Made by a program: the position numbers and the translations under genes. 64,000 nt of DNA from an uncultured Alphaproteobacteria bacterium (lineage in GTDB: Bacteria; Pseudomonadota; Alphaproteobacteria; Reyranellales; Reyranellaceae). This document shows, piece after piece, positions 29,893 to 41,923 of this stretch; within the stretch, counting starts at the first letter, position 1, and the number at the start of each line of letters is the position of its first letter. Where the stretch lies: positions 27,592 to 91,591 of the forward strand of contig CAVWKN010000028.1 in assembly GCA_963755585.1 (NCBI GenBank), given 5' to 3'. The notes under the pieces are model-generated. The model made no database searches, was not told where the DNA came from, and saw nothing but the letters and a program-made list of their open reading frames with translations.

Positions 29893-30549
29893 TCAAAGCA
29901 ATGCCACCAACTCATGACAATCGCGTGCGCGAAGACGCGGCGGATGAGCCAACAGAGCCTCTGACAATTCCTCCAGATCGCCCACCAAAACGGGTAAACA
30001 GCCCGCGGCGTGGGCACATTTGAGGTCCGCCGGGGTATCGCCCACCATCCATACCGTCTCGTCAGGGGCAATTCCCGTGCCGTCGAGCGCCCGGAAGATC
30101 GGATCCGGTGCGGGTTTATCGCGCAGGCAGTCCTTGGCGCCGACCGCCCGCGAGATCCAGCGCTGCCAACCGAGATGGGCCAGCTCCGCCCTGAGATTGT
30201 CGCCCACCTTGTTGCTCACGACGGCGACATAGCAACCAAGCTCGTTGCAGCGGGCCAGCAGGGACGCGGCACCCGGCAGCGGCTCCAGCCGCTCCAGATG
30301 GATGCGGTAAAACGTCTCGTAAAAGACTTTCTCCGCTTCGTCGGCGCGGGCTCCGAACAGGCTGGGGAAAACATCGCGCAACGAACCATGGGCGCGGTTG
30401 CGCACTTCGACTGCGGTCCACGGCGTCTGACCCAGCGCCGTGAAGGTATCGTGGTAGCACTCGACGATGGTCGGCCAAGTATTGACCAGCGTGTTGTCCC
30501 AGTCGAACAGGACGGCGCGCGGCGGCTTGAGACCGGCGGGCAGATTCAC
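29893..30549 (-). CDS. HAD family phosphatase
   Basis: FDWDNTL, SNK, KPAP, GDTPAD; GTG start overlaps dat stop. Confidence 0.88.
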   Translation of the reverse strand: MNLPAGLKPPRAVLFDWDNTLVNTWPTIVECYHDTFTALGQTPWTAVEVRNRAHGSLRDVFPSLFGARADEAEKVFYETFYRIHLERLEPLPGAASLLARCNELGCYVAVVSNKVGDNLRAELAHLGWQRWISRAVGAKDCLRDKPAPDPIFRALDGTGIAPDETVWMVGDTPADLKCAHAAGCLPVLVGDLEELSEALLAHPPRLRARDCHELVALL

Positions 30550-31409
30550 GTGACCGCCTCGCCTGTGGCGGCAAAGCGCACGTATTCCTCGCGCAGCCGC
30601 CGAGCGGTCGGGCCGACCTTGCCATCGCCCACCGGCTCGCCGTCGATCTTCACCACCGGAGTCACGAACGAGGTGGCGCTGGTGATGAAGGCCTCCTTGG
30701 CCTTCTTGGCCTCGGCGAGCGTGAACGGCCGCTCGACCAGCTTGAGCTGAAGCGAATCGACGAGCGACTTCAGCGTATGGCGCGTGATGCCCGCCAGGAT
30801 GCCGTTGTCGGTCTGCCGGGTCATCAGCTCGCCGTCCTGGGTGACGATCCAGGCGTTGGTCGAGGCGCCCTCGGTGACCCTGCCCTCGCCATCGACCAGC
30901 CATGCCTCGTAGGCGCCGCTTTCGCGCGCCGCCTGCTTGGCCAGCACGTTGGGCAGCAGGGCCACGGTCTTGATGTCGCAGCGCTCCCAGCGGATGTCGG
31001 GGTGGCTCTTCACCGCGATACCGGCTCCGGCGTCGGCTTCGATGCGCTTGGTGTTCTTGGTCGTCAGCACCAGTGCCGGCTTGACCTCCGTCGTCGGGAA
31101 GGCGTGGTCACGCCGCGCCACGCCGCGCGTCACCTGCATGTAGACCAGCCCGTCGCGCAGCCGGTTACGGCGCATCAGCTCGCGGATGATGAAGCCCAGC
31201 GTCGCGCGCGACACCGGCCAGGCGATCCTGAGCTCGCGCAGCGAACGGTCGAGACGGTCGATATGCGGCGCCTCGTCGATCAGCTTGCCGTCGCGCACGC
31301 CCACGACCTCGTAGACACCGTCGGCGAGCTGATAGCCGCGGTCCTCGATATGGACGCTGGCGTCGCGATGCTCGACGTAGCGTCCGTTGACGTAGGCATA
31401 ACGCGCCAT
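30546..31409 (-). CDS. dat: D-amino-acid transaminase (class IV aminotransferase)
   Basis: DRGYQLADGVYE, DIKT, TEG, LAGIT. Confidence 0.88.
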   Translation of the reverse strand: MARYAYVNGRYVEHRDASVHIEDRGYQLADGVYEVVGVRDGKLIDEAPHIDRLDRSLRELRIAWPVSRATLGFIIRELMRRNRLRDGLVYMQVTRGVARRDHAFPTTEVKPALVLTTKNTKRIEADAGAGIAVKSHPDIRWERCDIKTVALLPNVLAKQAARESGAYEAWLVDGEGRVTEGASTNAWIVTQDGELMTRQTDNGILAGITRHTLKSLVDSLQLKLVERPFTLAEAKKAKEAFITSATSFVTPVVKIDGEPVGDGKVGPTARRLREEYVRFAATGEAVT

Positions 31410-31424
31410 GACACGCTCCTCGGA

Positions 31425-32840
31425 TTACGCGCCGGCGACTTCGCCGGCGGGGCGCTCGTCGGTCGAGCCGCCGTGAAGGCCGAGCGACTTCAGCTTGCGG
31501 TGCAGCGCCGAACGTTCCATGCCGACGAAGGTCGCGGTGCGCGAGATGTTGCCGCCGAAACGCGTCACCTGGGCCAGCAGGTATTCCCGCTCGAAGACCT
31601 CGCGCGCATCGCGCAGCGGCAGCTGCATGATCTCGCCGCCCTTCTCCCAGCGCAGCACCGACGGCGCATCCTCGCTGACGTCGTTGGGCAGCACGTCGGC
31701 CCGGATCGGTGCGCCGCCGGCCGGCGCCAGGATCAGCAGCCGTTCGATGACATTGCGCAGCTGGCGGACATTGCCCGGCCAGTCGTGGCCCTGCAGGGCG
31801 GCCAGCGTGTCCTCGCCGATCGTGCGCGACGGCAGGCCGGTGGCATCGGCCACGCGGCTCAGCAGGTCGTTGGCGAGCTCGCGAATGTCCTCGCGCCGCT
31901 CGCTGAGCGGCGGCACCCGCAGCGCCACCACGTTCAGCCGGTGATAGAGTTCCTCGCGGAAGGCACCCGAAGCGATTTCGTCCTGCAGCGCCCGCCCGGT
32001 CGAAGCGAGCACGCGCACGTCGACCTCGACCCGCGTGGTGCCGCCGCCGCGGGTGAACGACTGCTCCTGGAGCACGCGCGCCAGCCGGCTCTGCAAAGGC
32101 AACGGCAGGTCCGCGACCTCCTTCAACAACAGCGTGCCGCCATGCGCCATCTCGAAGGCGCCCGAGACGCGCAGCGCATCGCCTGCGCTCTCCTCATCGG
32201 TGCCGAACAGCTCGATCTCGAGCCGCTCGGCGGGCAGTGCCGAACAATTGACCACGAGGAACGGCCCGTCGGCCCGTTTGGAACCCTGGTGGATCAGCCG
32301 TGCCGCGGTTTCCTTGCCGGCGCCGGATGCACCGGTGATCAGCACGCGGCTGCCGGTGGGCGCCACGCGCTCGATCTGGGCGCGGACGCCGGCGGCTGCA
32401 CTCGACGAGCCGACGAAGGTCACCTCGCCTCCCGCTCGGCGGCGCAGGCTGGCATTCTCGCGCCGCAGTTTGTCGGTCTCGATGGCGCGATCGACCACCA
32501 GCAGCAGACGGTCCGCCTTGAAAGGCTTTTCGATGAAATCGTAGGCGCCGGTCTTGATCGCCGACACCGCGGTATCGATCGTGCCGTGACCGCTGATCAT
32601 GACCACGGGAACCGGCGGTTCCTCGCGCCGGATCACGTCGAGAAGCTGCAGGCCATCCAGTTCGCTGCCCTGCAGCCAGACGTCGAGGATCACCAGCGCC
32701 GGCCGGCGCTGGCGCACGGCATCGATCGCCTCGGTGCTGTTGTGGGCGCGGCGGGCGGTGTGGCCCTCATCCTCCAGGATGCCCGCGATCAGCGTGCAGA
32801 TGTCGCGTTCGTCGTCGACGATGAGAATATCGTGGGCCAT
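31425..32840 (-). CDS. ntrX: Response regulator NtrX
   Basis: REC + AAA+ lacking GAFTGA + HTH ending MERSALHRK; follows ntrY. Confidence 0.93.
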   Translation of the reverse strand: MAHDILIVDDERDICTLIAGILEDEGHTARRAHNSTEAIDAVRQRRPALVILDVWLQGSELDGLQLLDVIRREEPPVPVVMISGHGTIDTAVSAIKTGAYDFIEKPFKADRLLLVVDRAIETDKLRRENASLRRRAGGEVTFVGSSSAAAGVRAQIERVAPTGSRVLITGASGAGKETAARLIHQGSKRADGPFLVVNCSALPAERLEIELFGTDEESAGDALRVSGAFEMAHGGTLLLKEVADLPLPLQSRLARVLQEQSFTRGGGTTRVEVDVRVLASTGRALQDEIASGAFREELYHRLNVVALRVPPLSERREDIRELANDLLSRVADATGLPSRTIGEDTLAALQGHDWPGNVRQLRNVIERLLILAPAGGAPIRADVLPNDVSEDAPSVLRWEKGGEIMQLPLRDAREVFEREYLLAQVTRFGGNISRTATFVGMERSALHRKLKSLGLHGGSTDERPAGEVAGA

Positions 32841-32874
32841 GACTCTTCAAACTGTCCGCGGCGTTCTCTGCGGA

Positions 32875-35106
32875 TCATTGTGCGGCTGTCGCATGCGGTC
32901 GAGCCGACGCGATTTCCTTCGCGTCACGACGGAATACCAGACTGATGCGCGCACCGCCACCATCGCGGTCATCCAGCGCGAGATAACCGCCGTGATCTTC
33001 CATGATCTTCTTGACGATCGCGAGACCGAGGCCGGTGCCTTTGCTGCGGGTCGTCATGTACGGCTCGGTCAGGCGCTCGCGCCCCTCTTTCGGCAGGCCC
33101 TTGCCGTTGTCCTCGACAACAATGCGCACGGTGGCGTCCTCGTCGCGCAAGGTGAGCGTGATCTCGCCCGGCGGCAGCACCTGGCCCGGCGCGGCGTCCC
33201 TGCCCTCGATCGCCTCGGCGGAATTCTTCAGGATGTTCGTCAGGACCTGCGCGATCTGGCGGCGGTCGCAGATCAGCGGCACACGGTGATCCGGCAAGGT
33301 CGAGACGTAGCGGATCTCCGGGTTGCCGTTGCGCTGGAGGAACAGCGCCTGCTGGCAAAGCTCCTTGGCGTCTTCCGGCTGGACCGTCGGGCGCGGCATG
33401 CGGGCGAACGACGAGAACTCGTCGACCATGCGGCCGATGTCGCCGACCTGGCGGATGATGGTGTCGGTGCAGATCGAGAAGGTCTCCGGGTCGTCCTTGA
33501 TCTGCTTCAGGTAACGGCGCTTCAGCCGCTCGGCGGAAAGCTGGATCGGCGTCAGCGGGTTCTTGATCTCGTGTGCGATGCGCCGCGCCACGTCGCCCCA
33601 GGCTGCCATGCGCTGCGCCGACATCAGGTCGGTCACGTCGTCGAAGGTGACCACTGCGCCGGCGTTGGAGGCGGCGCTGATGCGGACCAGCAGGATGCGG
33701 CGGGTGCCGCGCTGCAGGATCTCGACCTGGCCCTGGGTGACGCGGTCGGGGCGCTCCGCCGCCTGCACCACGAGCGGCGCCAATTCGGGCATCACGCTGG
33801 TCAGTGGCCGGCCCAGTACGCCGTCCTCGGGCAGCGCCAGAAGCTCGAGCGCCGAGCGGTTGCTGCGTGTGATCGTGCCGGCTTCGTCGACGCTCAGCAC
33901 GCCTGCCGAGACGCCGGCCAGTACCGCGTCGGTGAGGCGCCGTCGCGTGTCGAGCTCGGTATTGGCATCGACCAGTTCGCCGCGCTGCTGCTCGATCTGG
34001 CTCGCCATGCGATTGAACGAACGGGCGAGCTGGCCCAGCTCGTCGTCGGGCGGCCCCTCCTCCACGCGCGCCGTCAGGTCGCCGCCGCGCACCCTTTCGG
34101 CCGCCAGCATCAGGCCGCCGATCGGCTCGGTGAGGCGCGAGGCGAAGAGGATCGCGAGCCACACCGCCGCCAGCAGCATGAGGAAGGCGATGGCGCCGCA
34201 GACCAGGAAGATGATGAGCTGGCTGCGCTGCATCGCCTGCTCGATCTGCGAGTAGAACGAACCCGCCAGTTCGATGCTCTTGATGTAGTCGACGACCCTG
34301 AGATCGACGGCATGGCCGGTCACCAGGAAGAGCGGCTCGCCGACGAAAAGCTGCATCGCGAAGTAGGCGCCGTTCGGCGATTCGATCTGGACCGGTCGCG
34401 CCTGGTTGACGGCCTGCCAGAAAGACTGGGCGGACGGCACCAGGTCCTTCATGCCCGTCGCATCGGGAACGATCGCGTGGGCAATCACGCCCTTGTCGGC
34501 GTCGACGACGGCGGCTTCGATCATCGGGCGACCCTCGATCAGCCGCTCGAGCATCTGGGTCGTCGCCGGGCCGTCGCGAATGCCGTCGATACCCAGGGCC
34601 TGCAGGGGGCCGGAGATTCCGGCGATGTCGCGCAGGATCTCTTCCTCGCGGGCGCGCCGCACAGGCTCGCCGATCGTCCGCGCCGCCTCGTATGAGGCCT
34701 TCGCGGGCTTCACTACGAAGTCGGTCAGATTGATCACCAGCAGCGAGAAGATGATGGCGACGATCAGGGTCGGCGTGATGGTGAAGACGCTGCACACCAG
34801 CACCAGGCGCATGTGCAGGCGCGAGCCCGCCGCGCCGCGTCGGCGATCGAGCCAGAGCTGGGTCAGCCGCACCGCAAGCAGCGCGACCAGCGCCACGGCG
34901 ATCACCAGATCGGCCACCAGCAGGCCGGTGATCCAGCCGCGGGTGTTGAAGGAATGCGGCGCGAAGCCGGCCAGCCAGGCGTAGGTCGCCGCGCCGGCCA
35001 TGATGGCAAGCACGGCCAGCGAAAGGGCAGCGGTGCGACCGCCGAGCCCGCGGCGGACCGCGCTCATCGCATTGCCCAAGCGTGAACCGCCCAGCACAAC
35101 TGTCAC
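32875..35106 (-). CDS. ntrY: Sensor histidine kinase NtrY
   Basis: TMs, HAMP, PAS, AHEIKNPLTPIQLSAERL; start uncertain. Confidence 0.92.
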   Translation of the reverse strand: MTVVLGGSRLGNAMSAVRRGLGGRTAALSLAVLAIMAGAATYAWLAGFAPHSFNTRGWITGLLVADLVIAVALVALLAVRLTQLWLDRRRGAAGSRLHMRLVLVCSVFTITPTLIVAIIFSLLVINLTDFVVKPAKASYEAARTIGEPVRRAREEEILRDIAGISGPLQALGIDGIRDGPATTQMLERLIEGRPMIEAAVVDADKGVIAHAIVPDATGMKDLVPSAQSFWQAVNQARPVQIESPNGAYFAMQLFVGEPLFLVTGHAVDLRVVDYIKSIELAGSFYSQIEQAMQRSQLIIFLVCGAIAFLMLLAAVWLAILFASRLTEPIGGLMLAAERVRGGDLTARVEEGPPDDELGQLARSFNRMASQIEQQRGELVDANTELDTRRRLTDAVLAGVSAGVLSVDEAGTITRSNRSALELLALPEDGVLGRPLTSVMPELAPLVVQAAERPDRVTQGQVEILQRGTRRILLVRISAASNAGAVVTFDDVTDLMSAQRMAAWGDVARRIAHEIKNPLTPIQLSAERLKRRYLKQIKDDPETFSICTDTIIRQVGDIGRMVDEFSSFARMPRPTVQPEDAKELCQQALFLQRNGNPEIRYVSTLPDHRVPLICDRRQIAQVLTNILKNSAEAIEGRDAAPGQVLPPGEITLTLRDEDATVRIVVEDNGKGLPKEGRERLTEPYMTTRSKGTGLGLAIVKKIMEDHGGYLALDDRDGGGARISLVFRRDAKEIASARPHATAAQ

Positions 35107-35110
35107 CAGA

Positions 35111-36585
<1,475 letters not shown>

Positions 36586-36589
<4 letters not shown>

Positions 36590-37698
36590 GGAACGGCCTG
36601 GAGAATCTGCAACGGCAACATCACTCTAAAGGTTGTGCGGCCGGGCTCGCTCTCGAATTCGATCGCCCCGCCATGGTCGTTGATGATCTTGGCTACCAAA
36701 GCAAGACCCAGGCCGGTTCCGGTCGGCTTGTTTGTCACGAAAGCGTCAAAAAGGTGGGCCCGGATCTCGTCGGACACGCCCTGGCCGTTATCGCGCACCG
36801 ACACGACCAGGGGCAGGTTGACCTTGGCCTGCTGGCCGGGCACCGCCAGCCGCAGCCCGTGACGAAAGGCTGTGGACAACTCGATCTCGCGCTCGCCCTC
36901 GCCCGGCACCTCGCAGGCGTTCTTCACCAGGTTCAGGAAGACCTGGATGAGCTGGTCGCGGTCGCCATGGACGTCGGGCAGCGACGGATCGTAGGTCTCG
37001 ATGAAACGCACGCCCTTGCCGAAGCCGTTCTGCGAGATACGGCGGACGTGGTTCAGCACCTGGTGGATGTTGATCGGGCCGCGCTCGATCGGCCGGCCAT
37101 CGGCGAACGCTTCCATGCGGTCGACCAGGGCCACGATGCGGTCGGTCTCCTCGCAGATCAGGGTGGTGAGCTCGCGCTCGGAATCGGGCACCGACTGCTC
37201 GAGCAGCTGCGCGGCGCCGCGGATGCCCGACAGCGGGTTCTTGACCTCGTGCGCCAGCATGGCGGCGAGTGCGCTCACCGAACGGGCGGCGCTGCGATGC
37301 GACATCTGACGGTCGATGTTGCGGGCGATCGTCTGCTCGACCAGCGAGACTGCCACCAGACCCTCGCTGTCGGCGACGGGCGAGAGGCGGAGCGCGCAGA
37401 AGCGGTTGCCGATGCGCGGCGAGGAAAGCGTGACGCCGTTCTCGGCTACCGCGCCACCCGTCGCCAGCACCTGCTCCAGCAGGGAGAAGAGCGGCGTGTC
37501 GTCGGGCATGAATTCGCTCAACGGATGGCCGACGATGCGCGCCCGGCCGACACCGAAGAACTGTTCGGCGGACAGGTTGGCGTAGTGGACGAGCCCGCCC
37601 GCATCGACCACCACGACGGCCTCCGAGAGCGAATCGAGGATCGCCGTCGGGAATTGCTCGCTCGGCGCATTCGCTCGCTTGAGGGGCTGCAGCGGCAT
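36586..37698 (-). CDS. ntrB: Nitrogen regulation sensor kinase NR(II)
   Basis: PAS; [19 protein letters not shown]. Confidence 0.93.
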
Positions 37699-37699
37699 G

Positions 37700-38707
37700 C
37701 TAGGCGGCCTGCCGTTCGAGCGCCGGCAGGAAGAACGACGCCAGGAGAGCGCGGACCTTGTCCGGCTCGATCTCGCGGTTCACCGCGGCGCGAAACTCGG
37801 CCGAGGCCGGCAGACCCTTGGAATACCAGCCCAAATGCTTGCGGGCCATGCGAACGCCCGTCTCCTGGCCGTAGTGCGACAGCATCGCGTCGAAGTGCCC
37901 GCGCACCGTGGCGTACTGATCGGCAAGCGACGGATCGGCCAGCCGCTCGCCGGTCCTGAGATAGTGGATGGCCTGGTTCAGAAACCACGGCCGGCCGTAG
38001 GCGCCGCGCCCGATCATCACGCCGTCGGCGCCCGATTGTTCAAGCGCCGTGTCGACGTCGTCCAGCGAATCGATGTCGCCGTTCACGATGACCGGCAGCC
38101 TGGTGGCCTGCTTGACGTTGGCGACGAACGCCCAATCGGCCTGGCCGTCATAGAACTGGCAGCGCGTGCGGCCATGGACGGTCAGCATCTTGATGCCGCA
38201 CTCCTCGGCGATGCGCGCGAGGTTGGGGGCGTTGCGGCTGTTCGAATCCCAACCCGTGCGCATCTTGAGCGTCACCGGCAGCTTCACCGCTTTGACGGTC
38301 GCCTCGAGGATCTTCGCGGCGTGCACTTCGTCGCGCATCAGCGAGGAGCCGGCGTGGCCGTTCACGACCTTCTTCACCGGGCAGCCGAAATTGATGTCGA
38401 TGATGGCGGCGCCGCGGTCCTCGTTGAGCTTCGCCGCCTCGGCCATGACTTCGGGTTCGCAGCCCGCGAGCTGGACCGACATCGGGAACTCCTCCGGCGA
38501 GTTCTTGGCCATCAGGAGAGTCTTGCGGTTCTCGCGCACCATCGCCGCCGAGGCGATCATCTCGGACACGACGAGCCCTGCCCCATCCCGCTTCACCATT
38601 TGGCGGAAAGGCATGTCGGTCACGCCCGACATGGGGGCCAGGATGACGGGGTCTTCGAGGCGGACCGGGCCGATATCGAGGGGCTTGAGGCGAGCTGTGC
38701 AGTCCAT
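37700..38707 (-). CDS. dusB: tRNA-dihydrouridine synthase B (NifR3)
   Basis: [22 protein letters not shown]. Confidence 0.95.
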   Translation of the reverse strand: MDCTARLKPLDIGPVRLEDPVILAPMSGVTDMPFRQMVKRDGAGLVVSEMIASAAMVRENRKTLLMAKNSPEEFPMSVQLAGCEPEVMAEAAKLNEDRGAAIIDINFGCPVKKVVNGHAGSSLMRDEVHAAKILEATVKAVKLPVTLKMRTGWDSNSRNAPNLARIAEECGIKMLTVHGRTRCQFYDGQADWAFVANVKQATRLPVIVNGDIDSLDDVDTALEQSGADGVMIGRGAYGRPWFLNQAIHYLRTGERLADPSLADQYATVRGHFDAMLSHYGQETGVRMARKHLGWYSKGLPASAEFRAAVNREIEPDKVRALLASFFLPALERQAA

Positions 38708-38713
38708 GTCTTC

Positions 38714-38757
38714 TGATCGTTAAATAGGCATCTTGTGCAGTGCACAATAATTGAGCG
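38714..38757. promoter_or_regulatory. Possible tandem NtrC-like sites upstream of dusB-ntrBC
   Basis: TGCACAATAATTGAGCG and (minus) TGCCTATTTAACGATCA partly match TGCAC-N7-GTGCA. Confidence 0.4.
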
Positions 38758-38832
38758 AGCAATAGCGGGTCCGGGCGGTGCGTGCAAGGGTCCGAAGTGC
38801 GCACCCCCTAACCCAATGTTATCTAACCCCTC

Positions 38833-40000
38833 GTGCCGACTTGTACCGCCCTGATCGTGGCTGGAGGACGGGGAAGCCGCTTCGGCGGTCCCCTGCCCAA
38901 GCAGTATGCCCTTTTGGGGGGCGAGCCGGTCCTGCGCCGCACCCTGGCCGTCTTCCGCACCACCCCCGGTATCGACCGGATCCAGGTCGTGATCGGTCCT
39001 GGCGACGAGGGGCATTACCGAGCAGCCATCGCCGGCTTCGATCTGCCGTCACCGGTCGAAGGCGGCGCCAGCCGGCAGCATTCCGTGTTGAACGGCCTGG
39101 AAGCGCTGGCGGCCCAGCCGCCCGACCTTGTCGCCATTCATGACGCCGCCCGCCCCTTCGTACGGCCGGCCGACATCGCCGCCTGCCTGAAAGCCCTGTC
39201 GGTGCCGGACGTCGATGGCGCCGTCCTGGGCGTGCCGCTCGGCGACACGCTGAAGCGCGTCGAGGTGCGCCGGCGCCGTTTCCGAGACGGTGCCGCGCGC
39301 GCATCTGTGGCGAGCGCAGACGCCTCAGGTCTTCCGATACGACGCCCTGCTCGAGGCGCATCGCGCCGCCGCCTCGCTGGGCGCAAACGAAGCCACGGCG
39401 CTCACCGACGATGCCGCGGTGGCCGAGCGTTCGGGGCTGAGGGTTGTCATGGTCGCCGGCCATGAGGATAACCGTAAGGTAACGACCGCCGAGGATCTGC
39501 AGCAGGCTCTTGTGATGGAAACGCGCACCGCGTTCGGCTTCGACGTGCACGGCTTCGGCCCCGGCAATTCCGTGATGCTGGGCGGCGTCGCCATTCCGCA
39601 CGCGCAGGCGCTGGCCGGTCATTCCGACGCCGACGTCGCGCTTCATGCACTGACCGACGCGGTGCTGGGCACCATCGCCGCCGGCGATATCGGCAAGCAT
39701 TTTCCGCCGTCGGACGCGCAGTGGCGCGGCGTCTCGTCGGATCGCTTCCTGCGTCATGCCGTCGACCTGCTGGCGGCAGCCGGCGGTCGGATCGTTCATC
39801 TCGATCTCACGCTGATCTGCGAGGCGCCGCGCATCGGCCCGCATCGCGAGGCCATGGCCGACAGTATCGCGCGCATCGCCGGCATCGGCCGCGACAGGGT
39901 GAGCGTGAAGGCCACGACCACGGAGGGGCTGGGATTTACCGGACGCCGTGAAGGCATCGCGGCGCAGGCCGTCGCGACCGTCGAGGTACCGAGAAGCTAG
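38833..40000 (+). CDS. ispDF: Bifunctional IspD/IspF, frameshift near 39270
   Basis: [26 protein letters not shown]; DVH, GHSDADV, GDIG, KATTTE. Confidence 0.92.
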
Positions 40001-40010
40001 GGGTTCGGAC

Positions 40011-40502
40011 ATGTTCGATCACGAAATGAGGGACGCGGCGGAGCGTGTCCTGTATGCCTGCCGCAAGCGCAAGCTCAAGGTCGTCACCGCCGAGTCGTGC
40101 ACCGGCGGCCTGGTCGCCGCCACCCTGACGGCGATCGCCGGCTCGTCCGACGTCGTCGACCGCGCCTTCGTCACCTACGCCAACGAGGCCAAGCGCGAGA
40201 TGCTGGGCGTCTCGTGGGACGCCCTGCTGGGCCACGGCGCGGTGAGCGATCCCGTGGCGCGCGCCATGGCGGCAGGCGCGCTCGCCCGCTCCGGCGCCGA
40301 TCTCGCGGTATCGGTGACGGGCGTCGCCGGCCCCGGCGGCGGCACGGCCGAGAAGCCGGTCGGCCTCGTTCATCTGGCCGCGGCGCGGACGGGACACGAC
40401 ATCATCGCCGAGCGCCACGTTTTCCCGGGCGATCGCGATTCGATCCGGCGCGTTTCGGTGATTACCGCGTTGACGATGCTGGCGTCGCTGGCCGAACGCT
40501 AG
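40011..40502 (+). CDS. CinA C-terminal / NMN deamidase (PncC-like)
   Basis: AESCTGG, TYANEAK, GAVS, TGVAGP. Confidence 0.9.
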   Translation: MFDHEMRDAAERVLYACRKRKLKVVTAESCTGGLVAATLTAIAGSSDVVDRAFVTYANEAKREMLGVSWDALLGHGAVSDPVARAMAAGALARSGADLAVSVTGVAGPGGGTAEKPVGLVHLAAARTGHDIIAERHVFPGDRDSIRRVSVITALTMLASLAER

Positions 40503-40950
40503 GCTTGCCGTAGAGCTGGCTGGCGCGGGCCTCGAAGGCCCCGACCATGCGCTTGACCGCCTCGGCGAACAGCAGCCGCACGGTCTGCTGCAGCAGCAGC
40601 GAGCGGAACTCGAACTCCAGGCTGAACCGGATCTGCGTGCCGTCCGGATGGGGCTCGAACACCCAGCGACTCGCCAGCTGCCGGAACGGTCCTTCAACAC
40701 CGGTGGTCTCGATGCGCGGCCCGCCCTCGGCGTCGGGCGTGAGCACGATGCGGGACACGAACTTTTCGTGAAATGGGCCGAAGCCGATGGCGAGTTCGGC
40801 GAGTTGGAGGTTGGGGGCCTCCTGGCGGCGGATGCGCGCGGCCGTGCACCACGGCAGGAACTCGGGATAGCGCGGAACGTCGGCGACGAGGTCGAAAAGC
40901 TGGCGGGGAGCGAAGCGCACGATGCGCCGCTCGGCATGACGCGTAATCAC
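40462..40950 (-). CDS. RatA/COQ10 START-domain protein
   Basis: LVADVPRYPEFLPWC, GPF, AFEARA. Confidence 0.9.
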   Translation of the reverse strand: MITRHAERRIVRFAPRQLFDLVADVPRYPEFLPWCTAARIRRQEAPNLQLAELAIGFGPFHEKFVSRIVLTPDAEGGPRIETTGVEGPFRQLASRWVFEPHPDGTQIRFSLEFEFRSLLLQQTVRLLFAEAVKRMVGAFEARASQLYGKPSVRPATPASSTR

Positions 40951-40957
40951 GCCGCGA

Positions 40958-41917
40958 TCAGCCCTTCAGATGTGCGGCGCGCGCCGCCTTCAGCCGGGCG
41001 AAATCGTCGCCCGCGTGATAGCTCGAGCGCGTGAGCGGCGAGGCCGAGACCATCAGGAAGCCCTTGGCGCGGGCCAGCACGGCAAGCTCGTCGAACTCGG
41101 CCGGAGTCCAGAAGCGGTCGAGCGGCGCATGCTTGGGGGTCGGCTGCAGGTATTGGCCGACCGTCAGGAAGTCGACGTCGGCGGCCCGCAGGTCGTCCAT
41201 CACCTGGAGGATCTCCTCGCGCGTCTCGCCGAGCCCGACCATCAGGCCGGACTTGGTGAACATCGAGGGATCGATCTCCTTCACCCGCGACAGCAGCCGG
41301 AGCGAGGTGAAATAGCGCGCGCCCGGCCGGATCGTCGGATAGAGCCGCGGCACGGTCTCGAGATTGTGGTTGAACACGTCGGGCCGCGCGGCGACCACGA
41401 CTTCGATGGCGCCCGGCTTGCGCATGAAGTCGGGCGTCAGCACCTCGATGGTCGTCGCCGGCGCGGAGGCATGAAGGGCGGTGATCACCGCCGCGAAGTG
41501 CCCTGCCCCGCCATCGGCAAGATCGTCGCGGTCGACCGACGTCACCACGACATGGCCGAGGCCCAGCTTGCCGACGGCTTCGGCGATGTTCGCAGGCTCG
41601 TGCGGATTGAGCGCGCCGGGCTTGCCGGTGGCGACATTGCAGAAGGCGCAGGCCCGCGTGCAGGTGTCGCCCATGATCATGAAGGTCGCGTGCTTCTGCT
41701 TCCAGCACTCGCCGATGTTGGGGCAGGCCGCCTCTTCGCAAACGGTCGTCAGCCCGTATTCGCGCATCAGGCGCTTGGTCTCGGCATATTCCGGCGAGTT
41801 GGGCGCACGCACCCTGATCCAATCCGGCTTGCGCCTGATCGGATTGTCCGGCCGGTGCGCCTTCTCGGGGTGGCGCTCGGCCCGGCTCAGCGGGAGCTTG
41901 TCGATCGTGCCGTCCAT
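40958..41917 (-). CDS. lipA: Lipoyl synthase
   Basis: [24 protein letters not shown]. Confidence 0.97.
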   Translation of the reverse strand: MDGTIDKLPLSRAERHPEKAHRPDNPIRRKPDWIRVRAPNSPEYAETKRLMREYGLTTVCEEAACPNIGECWKQKHATFMIMGDTCTRACAFCNVATGKPGALNPHEPANIAEAVGKLGLGHVVVTSVDRDDLADGGAGHFAAVITALHASAPATTIEVLTPDFMRKPGAIEVVVAARPDVFNHNLETVPRLYPTIRPGARYFTSLRLLSRVKEIDPSMFTKSGLMVGLGETREEILQVMDDLRAADVDFLTVGQYLQPTPKHAPLDRFWTPAEFDELAVLARAKGFLMVSASPLTRSSYHAGDDFARLKAARAAHLKG

Positions 41918-41923
41918 CGCGGC

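Noticed and set aside
39260-39290. Programmed frameshifting in ispDF (also pdhB, alaX)
   Set aside because: No slippery heptamers; breaks are scattered across unrelated genes; sequencing error is simpler
40462-40950. RatA as a toxin-antitoxin system
   Set aside because: Conserved lipA-linked COQ10/START protein with no antitoxin partner
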